Positions 38,601 to 53,919 of a DNA stretch of 64,000 nt are shown here, in pieces (the first letter of the stretch is position 1; each line of letters opens with the position of its first letter). The stretch is from Camelus ferus (Eukaryota), in assembly GCF_009834535.1 (NCBI RefSeq), contig NC_045697.1:85438001-85502000 (forward strand). The letters run 5' to 3'. Position numbers and translations under genes: made by a program. The notes beneath the pieces were generated by a model that was given only the letters and a program-made list of their open reading frames with translations, was not told where the DNA came from and searched no databases.

Positions 38601-41600
38601 AAATCAATTCCACTTACAAATAATTGCTCCACTCTTCATTTCATTTTGCCTGGGTAGATACAGTCATAGCAACTTAAGTGGGTCACTTTTTCTTGGATCA
38701 TTTAAAGAATATCCTTTCAATTGGAAAATGTCAAAAACTATTTTGCACAGATGTAGCAATTTAGTAGTTCAATATTAAGTTTACAACTAAAAAGGCATCT
38801 CCCAGACTGGTTTGCTATATTCACTTCGCTTTATACACAGACATGTCCCTTTGGAAGAGTCAGTATGTCATTAAAAACAATCCCATATAAAATGCGATAC
38901 GTTCATTCAGGGAATGTTAGCTCAATTTGATGCCTTTCAGTTAATTTATTCATATCTATATGTCCTGTGGATACAGTGTCCCAAAGATAATTATATTGCA
39001 CATTGACCATTGTTAACTCTGAAGATTAGAGGCTGAGATAAATAGGAGCTCTTTATGCAGATAAAATAATGTGTCAAAATTCCAGAGGCAGACATTGTTT
39101 CTACCAAAAGAGAACAGCAGCACACATTAGAGACGTAAGCCATTGTTTGTTGGATGAGAGCTCTACTTACTGGGTGCTGCTGCAGATCCCGCATGGCCCC
39201 AGGAACTGCCGGTCCACGTGGATCCCACACAGGGAGCTTCAAGCCGCAGTTACAGGTTGGGAAATACATCTGAGGAGAATGGTGCTGCCGGTTCACCGGG
39301 AGTGGGTGAGATTGCAAAGTCACACTGACACTCACTTTATACAACCACAAGGTTTGGTTTAAATCTTAAGGCTTAGCCTAAATCTGGCATAATCGTGAGT
39401 CAAGAGAGGAGACCTGTCAGTGTAGACTGTGGATGGATACCAGTGAAGCTCCCAGGCCAAATTCTCCTTAAGGTAAAACCTTAGTAATTTTTCTGTGTTG
39501 AAGAAGTTAAAAACCCTGGAAAGGTGTCGAGAGTGAACTTTATGTTTCTCAGTTATCTTCCCAGGGTGTCCTTGCTTAAGAAAAACCAGCCATTAAGCCA
39601 AAAAATACATTTTCTTAAACTGCAGCCAGAGACCCTTCTGGCATAACTAAAGTCCAGAGAGGAAATTAGGAATTAAGAGAAATAATATTCATTCCTTAAG
39701 GCTACTAGAGAACAAGGTAGAAGGCTTCAATGCCCAAGAAGATACTCTGCTTTCTCAAAAGAAGGCACAAGTCTTTGGTGTAGTTTTCCATTGTCAACTG
39801 GTTGAGCAACTTCAAGAAACACCAAGGAAATGTATTTCCTAGGTGTTTGTGGGTCTATGAAGAAATTTCCATTCACACGAACATACACTAAACCTTGTGC
39901 TCCTGGTAACATGTTCTGTAAAGCGTGTGTTTTTCATGAGCATTAGGGTTGAGAGACCTTGGTGATACTTAAGCATTATCTCTCCACTGACGTTTCAGCT
40001 GACCATGAAAAACATGGATTGTTCTTAGGCCAATCTGTAGCAGAGCTTGAATATGCCTTTAATTGAATCCGTTAGAAACTGCTGTCCTCGGGAATAAATG
40101 TGTGAGTAAAACCTAAAGTTGGTATTTCAAACGTGACAAGAGGGTTGATGACTCTAAGGATCAACATACCTGTTTTAATTGCCTTTCTAGTTTTTCTTTC
40201 TCCATCTGACAAGCTTTGATCTGTGGAAGAAAACAAAGGCATTTGTGTATCAGAAAGAGCTCAAGTGTCCTAAAGCTATTCTTAACCTAGCTTGCGGTGA
40301 CCTGCTCAGAAGCCCAAGGGTGAGGCACTGATAACAGTAATGCCAATGAAGAGTTGAGTTTTGGATTTTCCAGACACACATTGGTTCTACCTTGACATTC
40401 CCAAATGAAGTCTGGAAAGCTTGCTGGCTAAAAATTGTTATTCCAATTTGTTGGTGCCATTGTAACTCTCAGTTTTAGGTTGATCTATTTAGCTATATAA
40501 AGATATAGACATAGATATTAATATAGAAACAGCATCTACTGCTTACTGAATGTAATTGAGATTGATCAGTGGCACATTCAGAGGCTTCCACAATAAATTT
40601 TGGAAGTTGCATATGCACTTAATACATGCCAGACACCGATCTAAGTGCTTTACGCTTAATAACTCACCTTCAATTCTCCCAGTACCCCTATGTGATATGT
40701 AACATTGTTATTCCTATTTACAGGGGAGGACACTGAGGCATGAGATGCTGAGTAACTTGTTCAAAGTCACACTGCTATACTTCATGCTTCACACTATTTA
40801 AAGCCCAACCTTAACTAGCAGAGTCACCTACCTGGAGTTCCCCCAACATCTGGCATAGCAAGGGAAAGCTGGTTTTTCTTGGACTCTTGAGTCATGCCAT
40901 TGTCAACCCTACACTCAATGCTCCACATCCCTGTGAAGCATGGTCAAATGTCTCCTACTGTATGATATTCTTCCAAGTCCCACCTACAGAATTATTCTCT
41001 CCTTCCTTGGTCCTCCCATTTAGCATTTTACATTTACTATATGACTTTTCAGGTCCAATGTGTACTAGGGACAGTCAATTCTCATCATTTGCATCAGTTA
41101 TGTTCTATAAAGTCACTATGAACACTTAAATAGCAAATACTGAACCATGCATGACTCCCAGGGAAATGCAGGCTTGGGTTCCTACCAGCCCCTGGTCATG
41201 CCATTTTTGTTAACTGATTAATACATTATCTTGTTCTATGTGAATTTCTGTTAAAGTCACCTTATTTGATGAATATTCTAGATCCATTAATATTGAACTC
41301 ATGGCCAACAGCACTATATTCATCTCTAAATGAAGCTTATCGGACATGTTTCTTTTCTCTGTAAAGCACGTGACAGCCTTCCTGTGCTCGGGAACATGAG
41401 AGGGCGCTTTGGCACGATGCTTGGGGGCCACTTTAAAAAATGATATCACCAACAAAAAGCACAAAAATGGGGAAAATGTGGCACTAAATAGTCCATGAAA
41501 AAGACGCTTCTTACAGGATGAGGACTGAAACAAGCATCACCTTGTGGACCTCAACTGGGAACAAGTGTTTCAGGAAACAAGTTTTTTGCTGCTCTATGCA

Positions 41601-44600
41601 AGTTCACAAATGACCTTGAAGGTGGCACAGGAGTTGATTTGGGGGTGACAAATATATCTTAGGGAGTAGGCAAACTTGCAAAAATGAAATCTGCAAATGG
41701 ATGGACTATACATGTCCCCCTCATTATATTGTGAGTCTTTTAACAGCATGGATCATTTTTTAATTCCCTTACAGCATAAAGCTGACTGCTTTGCAGAAAG
41801 CAAGGATCAAAACTAGATTATGAGGCATTGAATGTGGCATGCTAATTATACAACTAAATGAAACTATTAAAAATTCCCCTTTCAATAGGCTATTTATGAA
41901 ATACCTATGAGCCATGCCTTTAGCTACATGCTTTTGTAATGATTTTTTTCACTTAACCCTGAGAACAACTTTGTGAAGTTATGAGGTATGTATCATCATC
42001 TATATTTTACAGGTGAGTATACTGAGAGAGGTTAAGCAACATTTTTAGAGACAGAGGCTTCAGAGTCATAAGAAACATTTTAGAGATCATATAGCCCAAC
42101 TTTGCCATTTTGCAGATGAAGAAAAGGAAGGACAGAAAAGTTGAATTATTTGCTCGAGGTGCTCACTGATTGTCAAAGCAGGCATGAACAGACTTTTATC
42201 CTTAAATTTCTTCTAAGTGTCTTTCACTTCACCACACCGACTATTTTACCAGTCATTGGCTTAAAAATTCCTCAGTGATAGGAACAACTAGTGCCGGACT
42301 GACCTAAAAATTCATTTTTGGTCAGATGGTCCATTTGGACCACAGTGAATATGCTATTCAAATAAAGCAATGCCAATTCTTTAAATCATGGCATTTAATC
42401 TGTTATTACTACATTTAACGTAGATTGTTAAACTGACTGGTACATCCTATGAACTCTATCATCTTTCTATCTGAGTGAATGAGACTGTTGAACAATAAAT
42501 GCTTGGACTATCATTATAAAGAAAAATTTGATATTTTTAACATACCACTAAGATCTTCCCTTAGTTCATAAGCACAATTATACCATATTGTAATTAGACA
42601 ATACATTAATTTTGTTGAAATTAATCAAAAATTACTTTACAGATGACACAGGAATGAAAATTATTGTGGATGATGGTCTATAACATACATAGAGGGTTGT
42701 GTGTTTCCAGCAATACTAGAACTTTTATAATGGCAAGAACATTGCCAATCTAGACAAATATTTGTCATCAATCTGAACTTACTGTAACAGAATGAATAAA
42801 ATTAAAATTTGGCAGGAAGTAAAATAGTTTGTGCAGTGACAACTTAGAAGAAATTAGGGCAACTCTGCACGTAAGACATAAAAATTGAGAGGTAATTTTC
42901 CTCGCCAAGAGCAATCAGAATGTTTTTTCAACCATTGTTGTGTAAAGTAGGTTGCATGAATTATTTTCAGAAAATCATTTTATTATATTTTACCACTATC
43001 TTATTCCTTCTAATTTCTTAGAAAGGAAATGGTTCTGCTAAATAATTTCCCATGTAAAGTTAGGAATTTCAATTTAGTCCTTGAAAAAGATGTCAAAGAA
43101 GAAACTAAATTTAATTCACAATCTGTTATTAGGAAGAAGAGGATGACAAGTAGTTAACATTTCTCCTAAGATTAAGAACCTTGAAGCTGCAGAGCTGTTA
43201 GAGCATGTACCATAATGATTTCTGATTTATTGAAAAGCATTGCATAATTTTGCAAACTAAAAATTTTGTGGTTCATTTTCTTTTCTGAAGCTAAAATTGT
43301 GTTAGCTACAGTTCTCTCATTAACATCAAGATTTACCCATCACAGCAACTTCCTGAGTCTACTTTTATATATATTCTATTACACTTAACTTTAATATGCT
43401 TGCATTGAATATATTCGGTTCCAATAAACTGGTTACCATTATCTGGCTTTCTTGAGAATGCTCCAGTTACATTAAATCTAGGAACCTACTGAACAAAATT
43501 CTTGGTTTCACTAGATATATAAATGACATTTAGAAATATGTATGTTTTTGGAGACAGGAACATTACACCACAGCCCTTCAAAGAAAATGACAAGAATATA
43601 GAAACAACTTCACTGTTCTAGAGTGTTTCAGCTTTGAATCTGAGTGCTAGGTAGTTCAACTCCCATTCTACCAGAATAAATATTATGAGAAAAAGATCAA
43701 AAGAACTGAATTTTATCAAGACTTTGGAATCCAATCTCTTGGGTAAGTCTTTAATATATTTATGTTAAAAGAAATGCCCAGTCATTTTCATCTCCTTACA
43801 AGATTGTTTAAGAATGATTTCATCCCAGGTGCTAACTTCTCAAAAAAAATCCATCAATTAATGGAGGCCAAAAAGTCTTGATTTTTTTAAAATGAGAAAA
43901 TAAAAATAAAATACACATGTGCTGGTAAAGATTGCTTTGACTTATACCTGAGAATTCAGCTTATTCAACTGGGATTGAGAAGTTTGATTAATTTGTTGTA
44001 GCTCTTCCTTTTCTTGATTAAGTCTTTCTCGGTCTGATCGCTCCTTTTTGAAGTCTTCTTCATATATTTGCACCTAGGAAATAGTAACTTGCTGTTACTG
44101 TTAGTTTCCTTTTCTCTTAAGCCATTTAAATGATTTCAGAAGGGGTGCTATCTGGGTCTGTCCAGTCTGAGACATTTCTAACCTCTTTTCATGAATATTT
44201 CTTCATGGTAGGACTCCATCTTGATACATAGGACTATAATTTTATCTTTCACTTTGTTTAGAATGGCAGCTCTCACTTTTTCCTCCTTGGGCATATAACA
44301 GGAATTCAAAAGTAAAGTAATAATATGGATATTTTGAAAGAAAGTCCCCTTACCCATTATTCAATTTCGTTATTGTGATGACACCTGGCCTCCCCCTGGT
44401 CACTCCAAATGTTAAGTGTCACTGTTTTGGAGCAAATCATCCACCCCTATGACAAGACTTTGATGTACAAATTACTGCTTGAGGGTCTAAAGACAGTTTA
44501 CTGACAATAGCTGTTAAGTGATGTCACTAAATATTGACATGCCAAAGTTTCTAAATATACATTATGTTGAGCACAAAATAGAAATGAAAGGCTCATGTAT

Positions 44601-47600
44601 GTAGGAAAGCAAACAATGCTTGTTGAAAGGTATTGACCAGAGTTGCCCTTTAGAAGTATTGTGGGGGTACATCATAAAAAAGAGTAACATTTCAGCTGGA
44701 ATGCCTCTCGAGAGGTACTCCAAATAGTCCAGAAAAGTAATCAAACAAAAAAAACTCCATATTTAATTATTGTTGTTTTAATCGGCATCGTGTTGACCGA
44801 TGGCTAGAGACTAGAATACAGAGTTATGAAAACAAATGAAGCTTAAGGAATGAAGCAAAGGAATTCCTCTAAAACCAGATGTAAATTACAACTTACATGG
44901 GAACCTAGTAGCTAGATTTTTGTTTAGTAATGTTAATGTGAATTGCATCATCATCACCAACAGTGAAATAACCTTTAACTAGAGGTTTATCAATTTTAAG
45001 TCAATAATAACAGAACTAAATGTAGTAGGCAAGAGAGGAAGAAGTTAAACATTATATATATGGATCTAGCTGCAGATATGCATATTTAATTTTAAGGCTT
45101 TATTCACCAGAAGTGTTGCAAGGGAACTAAACCCAGTCAAGCTGACATTTTGTTCTGGAGTTGGTTTTTTGGGTTTTTTTGTTTATTTGTTTTTGTTGAG
45201 AGCTGAGGTTCAGATACAGAGAGAGTTAAACCAATGATCAGTGAATAATTACCAGAGGCATTTGAAGGGGATGAAGATCAGGTGATTACAACTGAGCAGT
45301 CTTTATCAAATACAGCACTGACAGCAATGTCAGCACTTAGGTGGCCAAGATTTGAGCTCAGTTCCTTTGTGGATTTCAATCCTTTAGGGTTCCACACAGC
45401 ACTTGGTAATGTAATGACTGTGGGTACCTGATCAGAAATGTGCACAGTTAAAATGTGAAAGCAGAAAGTTAGCAAAAGAGCCACACAAAAAATAAGGAGA
45501 AGGATTCTGGTCTACTCTTGGGGATTATGAATAAAAGAATACCTGTCATTGTCTGTGTCAAATACGAACTGTACCATTACTGTAAACTCCCTGCTCAAGA
45601 GCAGCTCTCTTGCACGTGGTGAACATTAGATGAGAGCACTGAAGATGGTTCAAGTGTCTGAACATAAGCAGCACTTTTTTCAGAGGAATCCTGGCTAGCG
45701 CCAATGGTACCTTTGGGGTTGAGAATTTGCCAGAGTTTTAGCACTCTGCATATTACCCTTATTCCCTTCATGGGTTTGTTTTTAAGCTATATATTTGATC
45801 CTGGATGTATTGAAGCAGATTATCCAAATGGGGTTGACAGAAGAGAAAATCCAACTTTACCATCACATGCTCTGATTTTTTTTTTTTAGGTTTATAGATA
45901 GGCTAGTTCCTATAAAGTAATAACAATAAAGCAAATAAAAACAACAATATCAACAAAATCAGAGTTGCTCAATTCTTCCATGTATCGCATCAAGGACCCT
46001 TGTAACTGGCACTTGCTTAGCGCAAAACAGCCAATAAGTCATACCCAGGAGCAGCAGAAAAACAATGGCTCTTTGTCCTATGAAATCTTCTCCCCCATTG
46101 CAAATGTACTGTTGACAGTGTGTGTTCCAGGGATTGGAATTCCTTGATCTCTTTGTATTCATCCGTATCACCACAAACTGTTCCAGCCCTTTACCTGTAC
46201 TAGTTTATTTAGCCTCTCATAGGAAAGGAGATGTGATGCGCATGGGTGGCCGCTCAGCTAAGTTAGCTCCAACTGGCTGAGCTCAATTTAGACTCAGGTA
46301 GGTTAGGCCATGCCATATCCCACAGCCGTGTGCTGCTGTTACACACAGGAGCTTAGGGAGGGCATCCTTTACTCTTGCTGTGCACTTGGCAACAGGGAGT
46401 GAAGCTGGGTAAGCGGGAAAGAGGACACCAATGTGCATCAGTAAATTCCTAGGTGCTGTCCTCGTGTGGGGCTAGATGAACAGGTCTGGCTCTTCAGCGG
46501 CTACGATCCGTGCAGAGTATTCCCTTTAAAACTGCCCTCTTTGTTCAAAAGCCTGGAGGCTTGCAGCTACAGAATAACAGCCCGCTGCTACCATCTTCTG
46601 AGAAGGTACAGAGTTTGGGTTCATAGTGTCTTCAAAATGAATCACGTCTCCATGAAACTCTCTAGACCCAGTGCTAATAGAATCTCACCAAAAGGTTAAT
46701 TAGCACGCTCATCTTTTAAGAGTGTGATCTTGGACAAGCCACTGAACCCGTCTGAAACTCAATTTTCTCTTTTGCTGTGTGTGTGAGTGTTGGACTAGCT
46801 GATCTGTATTTTCCCATAAAGTTTTAAAATTAGGTAATCCTAATTAAAATACATGCAAAAGCTTTCAACACATTTTGAACAAGACTTCCAAAAACGTCTA
46901 AAGGAGGATGAACAATAAGCACTAAATTCTCCACATGGTCGTGCCACTTTCAACTTCTCACCTGCTGTTTGAGGACCTCCATTTCTGTCCGCATCTCCTC
47001 ACGGCTGCACTCCGCTTCAGACTTCCCCAAACAGTCCTCAGAAGGTGAAGAGCACTCCATTTTCAAGGCATCCTGCAGAGCCTATGTCATAAGATAAGCA
47101 CATGGGTGACCTAAGAGTCGCCACATCATACGAATTCCTCTGCAGTCACTTCAAATGCACGCCCAAGGTAGAATTTCACTTTTAATGCTACTTCCATCAT
47201 TGAATAATTTTCTTCTTTCTGATTTTCTGGCACATATATATATGTGCCAGAAAATATATATATATATATATTTTTTTTTTCAGAATCTCTGTCTATTCTC
47301 CACGATGATGCTCATGATAGTCAACTTTCACTGTTACTTAAGAGAGCTTTGATGTTAGAGCCCCCTCCACATAGCCAACCACGAAAGAAAAATAGTTCTA
47401 TAGCCCTTCTCTAGATTCTCTGCTGCAGTCAGATATACTCTCTATCAATTAGGCTCAAACTTTAGGCAGCATCAGAATCACCTGGAGGCCTAGCAAACAC
47501 TCCCATCCCTGGGCATTGCCCCCAAGGATTTTGAATCCGTAAATCTGGGGGTAGGATCTGAGAATCTGCATTCCTCACAAGCTGGGGCTCCTGATCTCAG

Positions 47601-50600
47601 GTGACATTTTGAGTAATATGTTTCTGCTATGTAACCACGTGCCCAACAGGAGAGTGGGAACCTCACAAAAATGGGAACCCAGGCAGATTCACTATCCGTT
47701 AGATGCATTGTCCTTTCTGCTCTGTACTCCTTTGGCATACCCTGCCGTGGCTTAGCCACAGTCATACTTATTCTCCAATAAAACATCCACTAGCCCACTA
47801 CAGGGTGGAGAAAGAGAGTGATCTGCTTTCTTGACATTCAGTACAACTTGGGTGTTTTCATCGTGGGGTAAGGAGGTGAAGGAAATGAGACACTTAGATT
47901 TGCCAACCAGATTATCATCCTTACTCATAAGCCCGTAGTACCCACACATATACTCTACTTTGTCAGATTATATAAAAGACATTGTCTCTGTTCTAAAGAC
48001 TTTGGGTTCATGATGAATTCAATAAAATGGCCATCAAAAATTGTGACAGAACATAACTCACTCATCCTGTTGTGGTCTCGGAGCCCACACACAATATGAC
48101 TACTCACTTATTATCAAATGAGTCCTCTATGCAAATTTTAAAAGGTTCACTTTCAGAGCTCCAAGAAGTCAGTTCCTTTATATTTCTTTAGTAGATTCAA
48201 TGATACTCATTTGATGATACTATTAACTCACTTCCTTGCATTACTATACGATATGGTCATAAAGGTAGAAAAGCAAAGCAAATTTATGGTCTGATATATG
48301 TGTAGTAGTCAGGCTATAAATTTCCTAATAGATGTCTTATAATATACGGATGCTGTCTAATCTGATGTAAGTATCATTTTTCAGGAAGTTGTAAGAAAAA
48401 ACAAAACTTTTTTCTTCCTCCAAGAATTATTAAACAGCAGAAGTTGTTTAATAATTTGTGTTTTGTTAGAATCTGTTGCTAAGCTAAGTAGTTCTAGGAA
48501 GTATCATAATAGTTATATTTAAAAAAATATATTAATAATAGGAGAGATAATCTCGGGTGGGGTGAACCAAGTGAACTGAGACAATTAAATATGCTGGTTC
48601 CATATCCTACAGCTGTGAATATACTATTTCGTGGTTCTTGTTATATTTGAGTTTCCTGGTCTACTTTTCAGGCCATTCAGACTTCTAGAAATCCTGTAAA
48701 TGAGTCATAATGAAAGGTAAGTCTAGTAGACATTTATTCTATCTTGGGGTTTTCCAACTTCCTTGAAGAAACACAGGTAAGCTATTCTAGAATAGCAATT
48801 TACCATCAGCACAGATACACTCAACAGATCTGCCCACGTCACAACGGTGGCATGTCAGACAAGTCAGTTTTGCCCATGAGTGGCACTGGTTGGCTGACCT
48901 CAGGTTATTTCTTTCACTTAACATCTGGCTTCTCTTCAAGAGCTTGATGAAAACAATGCCCTTGGGTATCTCCCTCAAAGCAAATAAACAGAACTGAGTA
49001 CACACAGTTACGTGAACTTCTGAAAGCCATATGTTAACTGCTAAGCTGACATGCTACAAATTTCTGCTGAGGGACTGGGTCTGCAAGCAGTCAGTTTGTG
49101 TAAGTAGGGCGAGCCCCAAATTCCATACTGACGAATTGTGTGCAGTCAGCTACCCAAATCAACATTTTGAGTAACCTCTATTTACTACAGTGGTTAAAAA
49201 AAAAAAAAAAGAAAATTCTACAGTGTAAAACAAAATAATAATTTCTTACACTTCATTAGACACTGATACTTGCACTAAATGAGATAGGAATCTCTCTGCA
49301 TAGCACATCGCTTTCTATCCACATTTTTAAAGTGACAGTTGACGGTATAGATGTGTGGGATGAAATCTTTTCTGGCTTGAAGTACCCTTTTGTTTGTCTT
49401 CACTACTCATAAGTAATGTGTTATGCCTATTAAAGCGTGACTCTCAGGGCGAGAATTGGCTATTGAATGTATAATGTACTAGTCAATTAAATTAATTAGC
49501 TTAATTCATCCATTCATCAAATACTGAATAACATAATATGAGCAAGGCCCTGTTCTAAGCACTTGGATTACAACAGTGATCAAAATAGAGAAATTCGGGG
49601 CCCCATAACGACTGCTGTCTTTGTAAGACCCTCCAAATAAATATGTATTAACATTTTATTTCATAACTGCAGAGAAAGGAATATATTAATATAACATGAA
49701 AATATTTTTTCAATCTAAAAGGTTTTTTTTTTCCTTCTGATTTTAAGAGAAATTAAACATATTAATGGGCTACTAAAAGTATTGTGGGCCCTCAACACTG
49801 TGCCTACTATGTGTAGGAAAGAAGTCAGCCTGGCAAAAATCTTACTCACGTGGAGCTTACGATAATTAGGGAACAGAAGAAAATATCAAAACTTGGAGAG
49901 ATTTCAAATATAATCTCAGTGTTAGCTCTTTGAATTCATTTGCCAAAGATTTCCAGCAGAGAATAAACAGGAAAAATCGTTTGCTCTGAATCTGTATCTC
50001 TGAACATTGTTTCTCTCTCTTAAAGAACAGAGAAGTGCATTGTTTATGAAGTCAATTTCCAATTTCCCACTTTTCCCTGGATAATAACTTTCCCCACAAA
50101 TAGATCAAATGTAGCACTACATTTGGAAAGCACCTTATCAACTATACAGGCAACTACACAACTATCAACTTTGGGGATCTTTAAAGGACAACTCTGAACA
50201 CAAGTTAACTACAATATGGTGCACGTTTCAAAATACAAGCCCTGAGCACGTGTTGGAGGCCAATCACCTACTCCTGTTTTAGAAGACAATTTCTGTTACT
50301 TTGATCAAGAAATATCTAGCTTGAGAGATGAATATCTTGACTCAACCATGCACTACAAGTGGCTCTTGGAAAAATCAACAGCAAAGGACTTAATGTTTTT
50401 CCCTGAACAAGTCAGCAATCCCTTCCTCCCAGAAAATTAAGACATTAGTCCATAGAACAGCACACACAAGCACACATGCACACACACGCGCACTCACATG
50501 TCATCCTTTTGCAGTAATTCACAGACAGCGTTTTGAATATCTAAGTTGGAGCAAAGGAATTAAATCAGCAGCATTTTCCTAATAGACCTACTCCCCAGAC

Positions 50601-53600
50601 TCCCCCTTTAGAGATAAGTTTTAGTCTTAGTCTCAGGACGGCCACCATCACAGCCTTAGGTTTGGCATTTAGCGTGCTTCCACATAGTCTGCATCACACT
50701 CAGCGGCTCCATAGTGGTGAATTTAAAGAGCACCCTGTTTCCTCAGGAAATGTTTGCGGTTGACTAAGAGATACACTACTGTTTGCAAACACCCACTTGC
50801 TTTATGTGGTTCTTTGAACTAAAAAAAAAGTGTTCTTACTCTCTTCTAAAATTTCTCCACGTCTCTCTTTTTTCATGACAATTCTTTGTAGGGACATGAA
50901 TTTCCAAAAAACTCCTTAGCCATGTATGCCTGAACAAGGCAGATAGGAGTGATTTAGAAAATTACAAAGACCTCTAGTGCAAGCCTCCAAAACTTTGAGG
51001 CACACTGCAGTGTAGATTTTGCTGAGTCTCAATCAAGAATATGCTTTTGGTACAAAGACTTCTCATCTGATCTCCCCAGCTTGACCTGGCCTGATACCTT
51101 ATTGAGGCGTTTTATTTCACATTCGTAATGTTGCTTCTTCTGGTTTGCGAGAGCATTTTTTTCCTTCAAAAGCTTATTCTCTTTCTTCAGTTCATGTAAT
51201 TCTTTGTTCAGGCTCTCCTTTTCCTTCTGAAGTAGAGAGCAAGAAAACAAAATCAAAATCAATAAAACTCAGATGTAGGAATACTCCTGAAATATAATAA
51301 AAACAGGACCTGCTAGATTTTCACTTAGCAATCCATCTGAGCAATATTCTCTGGGTGGAGGCCAGGATTAGGACAGAAGAAATCTTTGTGTTATCCTAAG
51401 TTCTAAGTTCTGTGATCCCAGAAAAAGACATCAAAATCCCTACTCCGCATTTTTAAGGGTCAGATGGGTCTGCACAATAAGCTACTTGCCAAGCACTGCT
51501 ACAAGGTGATGGATAGGTGACTCAGTAAAAATAATTGAAAGCTCTAAAAAGCAAAAAGTGTCATTGCAACAAAAAATACCAAATATCTCAAAGCCCAATC
51601 CTGCAGCCTTCTGGACTGGAGAGAGCGAGAGGAGGATAAAACCTCAGGCAAATAAGACCCTTTACCACATAATTATTCAGAGCACTGTATTGTTGTGATT
51701 ACGACTTTTAAAAGGTAGAGATGAGCTAGTCCAACTGCCTATCACCCCTCCACGTTTCAGGTCACCTTCGAGAAATCCAGTGTTCTAAATAACCAAAGCG
51801 AGGTCGGTGGCTTAGACACTAGCAGGCCCTGGATTCAGTCAACATCTCTTTCCTATCTCTTAATTTTATATTCTAGACAGTAGACTTTTTGTGGAGGGAA
51901 TTGGATTCTTAATGAGACCGCAATTTTAACCTAGTAAAATAAATATTCCGGAATTTAGGTAAATCACAATGAGAAACTGTCTTCTATATGTTAAAATATG
52001 TTATTTTAATAACTAAAATTTCCCAATAGAATGATTAGATTTAAGAAATCTACTTTAGGTGAATCATTTACCTTAAAAGTGAAAAGATTTCTATTTCCTT
52101 TTGTTTAAATACAAAAGGCCTCTATGTACACGAAGAAAATTTACCAATCTTCTCCTAATTTAGCATAATTTAAGAGAAAATTATTTCAACTAGAAAATAC
52201 TCTCAACTGCATCAGGAAAAAAAAAATCACCATGATTCCTGTGCTGGGTGTAAATGGAACAGAACAGAAAGGGCCTCTTACGTGGCAGAAAGGGAGTTGC
52301 AAAAATCTTGTTTTCCTAGGACTTACTATGGCAAGGAAATCCTTAGCAAGGTAGGAAACCTGGACTGATGTCGCCTGCACTGATTTGTGATATTGCCTTA
52401 AAACTTGTGCACTTTTTAAAATACAGCCAATGCAACACAATAGCAGTGATAAGACTTCACCTGAGAAAATGTACCCTTCTAGTTTTCTCCTAAGGCACCT
52501 GGAAAAAATGAGAGGCCATTAGAAATCAAGGGCCTCCTCCCAGTTTCTATGATATCCATGAAGTCCCATAACTAACAGTAAAACCGGGACTCTAAGAGAA
52601 GCCGTCCTCCCAGTGGCCACCTGCCAGTTCCCAGCAGGATTAGTGGGGCCTCGGGATCTGGAGACTGGGTTCACGTCCCGCTTGCCCAATGCTACGTTAT
52701 CGACGTTGACAAATCATCTACACTCTACATCTCATCTCTGAAATGGCGAAAATGTGATTTCCCCCACAGGTGGGCTGAGAACGTTAAATGAGAGGATGGG
52801 GTTGAGGTAGTTTTAAAATATTATTATTATTTTTTTTTTAGGATGACAAAAGTCGTACTTACGTATAAAACTTCGGTAAGCTGACAAGCAGCTGTACAAA
52901 TACAAGGTACTATCATATAATCAACACTGGTAATAAAAATATGAGTAAAAGCAAAAAACCGAAATTGATTTTCTCCTGGGCTAAAATGCCCTAGAAAGAG
53001 ATCCTCAAATCCGAGGATCAGTTCTCCAAGCGGGTAGAGCCGGGCAAACTAAGGCCAGCCTACTTGTGCAACAAAGGAGGAAGTGAGCGGGGCCCCTCCT
53101 TCCTTTTGATTCTAGAGAAGTGGCCCTTATCTGGGGCTCTGGGGACTTGCGTAACCCGAACACCCTCGCACACTCTGCTCCGCAAGGGCTGATTGTAATA
53201 AAACGGTCGCTTTTCAACAGCCGGGGGACCAGAGCCCGCCTGCCCGCCTCGCTCCCGGAGGCGGGGCGGTCGCTCCCCGAGCCCCGCCCACCTCCTCGCG
53301 CCGCAGCCGCTCCCGGGTCCGGCGGTGCTGCCTGTCAATCTCCCTCTGACTCTGCAGCCGCTCCTCCTCCAGCGTACCCAGGAACCTTTCGGACGCGTCC
53401 AGTTTCGTTTTCAGCTCTGCAACCTAAGGAAGTGGGTCATAGACAGCTGCAGCTAAACCCCACAGACAGCTCTTCTAAACCCCACATACCTCTGGGTTTA
53501 CTCCCTCCCAGCCTAAGCACCCGAGACAGAATTGCCCCACTCCCGGGCGTCCCCTAGGGAGAGGCTCTACTTCACGCCCCTAACCCAGATCAGGACGTTT

Positions 53601-53876
53601 GCATGTAAAAAGAAACAAACTTATGGTTACCGGGGCGGGATGGGGGAGGAGCAGAAAGGGCGGGAGGGATAAATTAGGAATTTGTGGTTTGCAGATACTA
53701 CTATATATAAAATAGGTAAACAAGTTCCTACTGTTTAGCATAGGGAACTATACTCAATATCTTATAATAACCTATAATAAGGAATATGAAAAAATATATA
53801 TGTATAACTGAATGTGCTGTACACCAGAAACTAAGGCAACATTGTAGATCAACTATACTTCAATGAAAGAAAGAAA

Positions 53877-53919
<43 letters not shown>

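Noticed and set aside
45543..45638. Possible 96-nt poison exon (AG...CAG|gtattc, in-frame TGA) just before the UBAN exon
   Set aside because: Weak polypyrimidine tract and weak donor; such pseudo-exons are common, and there is no support without junction reads.
46245..46330. tRNA-like A-box text (agttagctccaactggct)
   Set aside because: No B-box or cloverleaf; at most a decayed ancient SINE.
53005..53557. ORFs 53120..53557 (+), 53060..53338 (-) and 53005..53217 (-)
   Set aside because: Antisense or off-frame shadows of the GC-rich TNIP3 exon and island.
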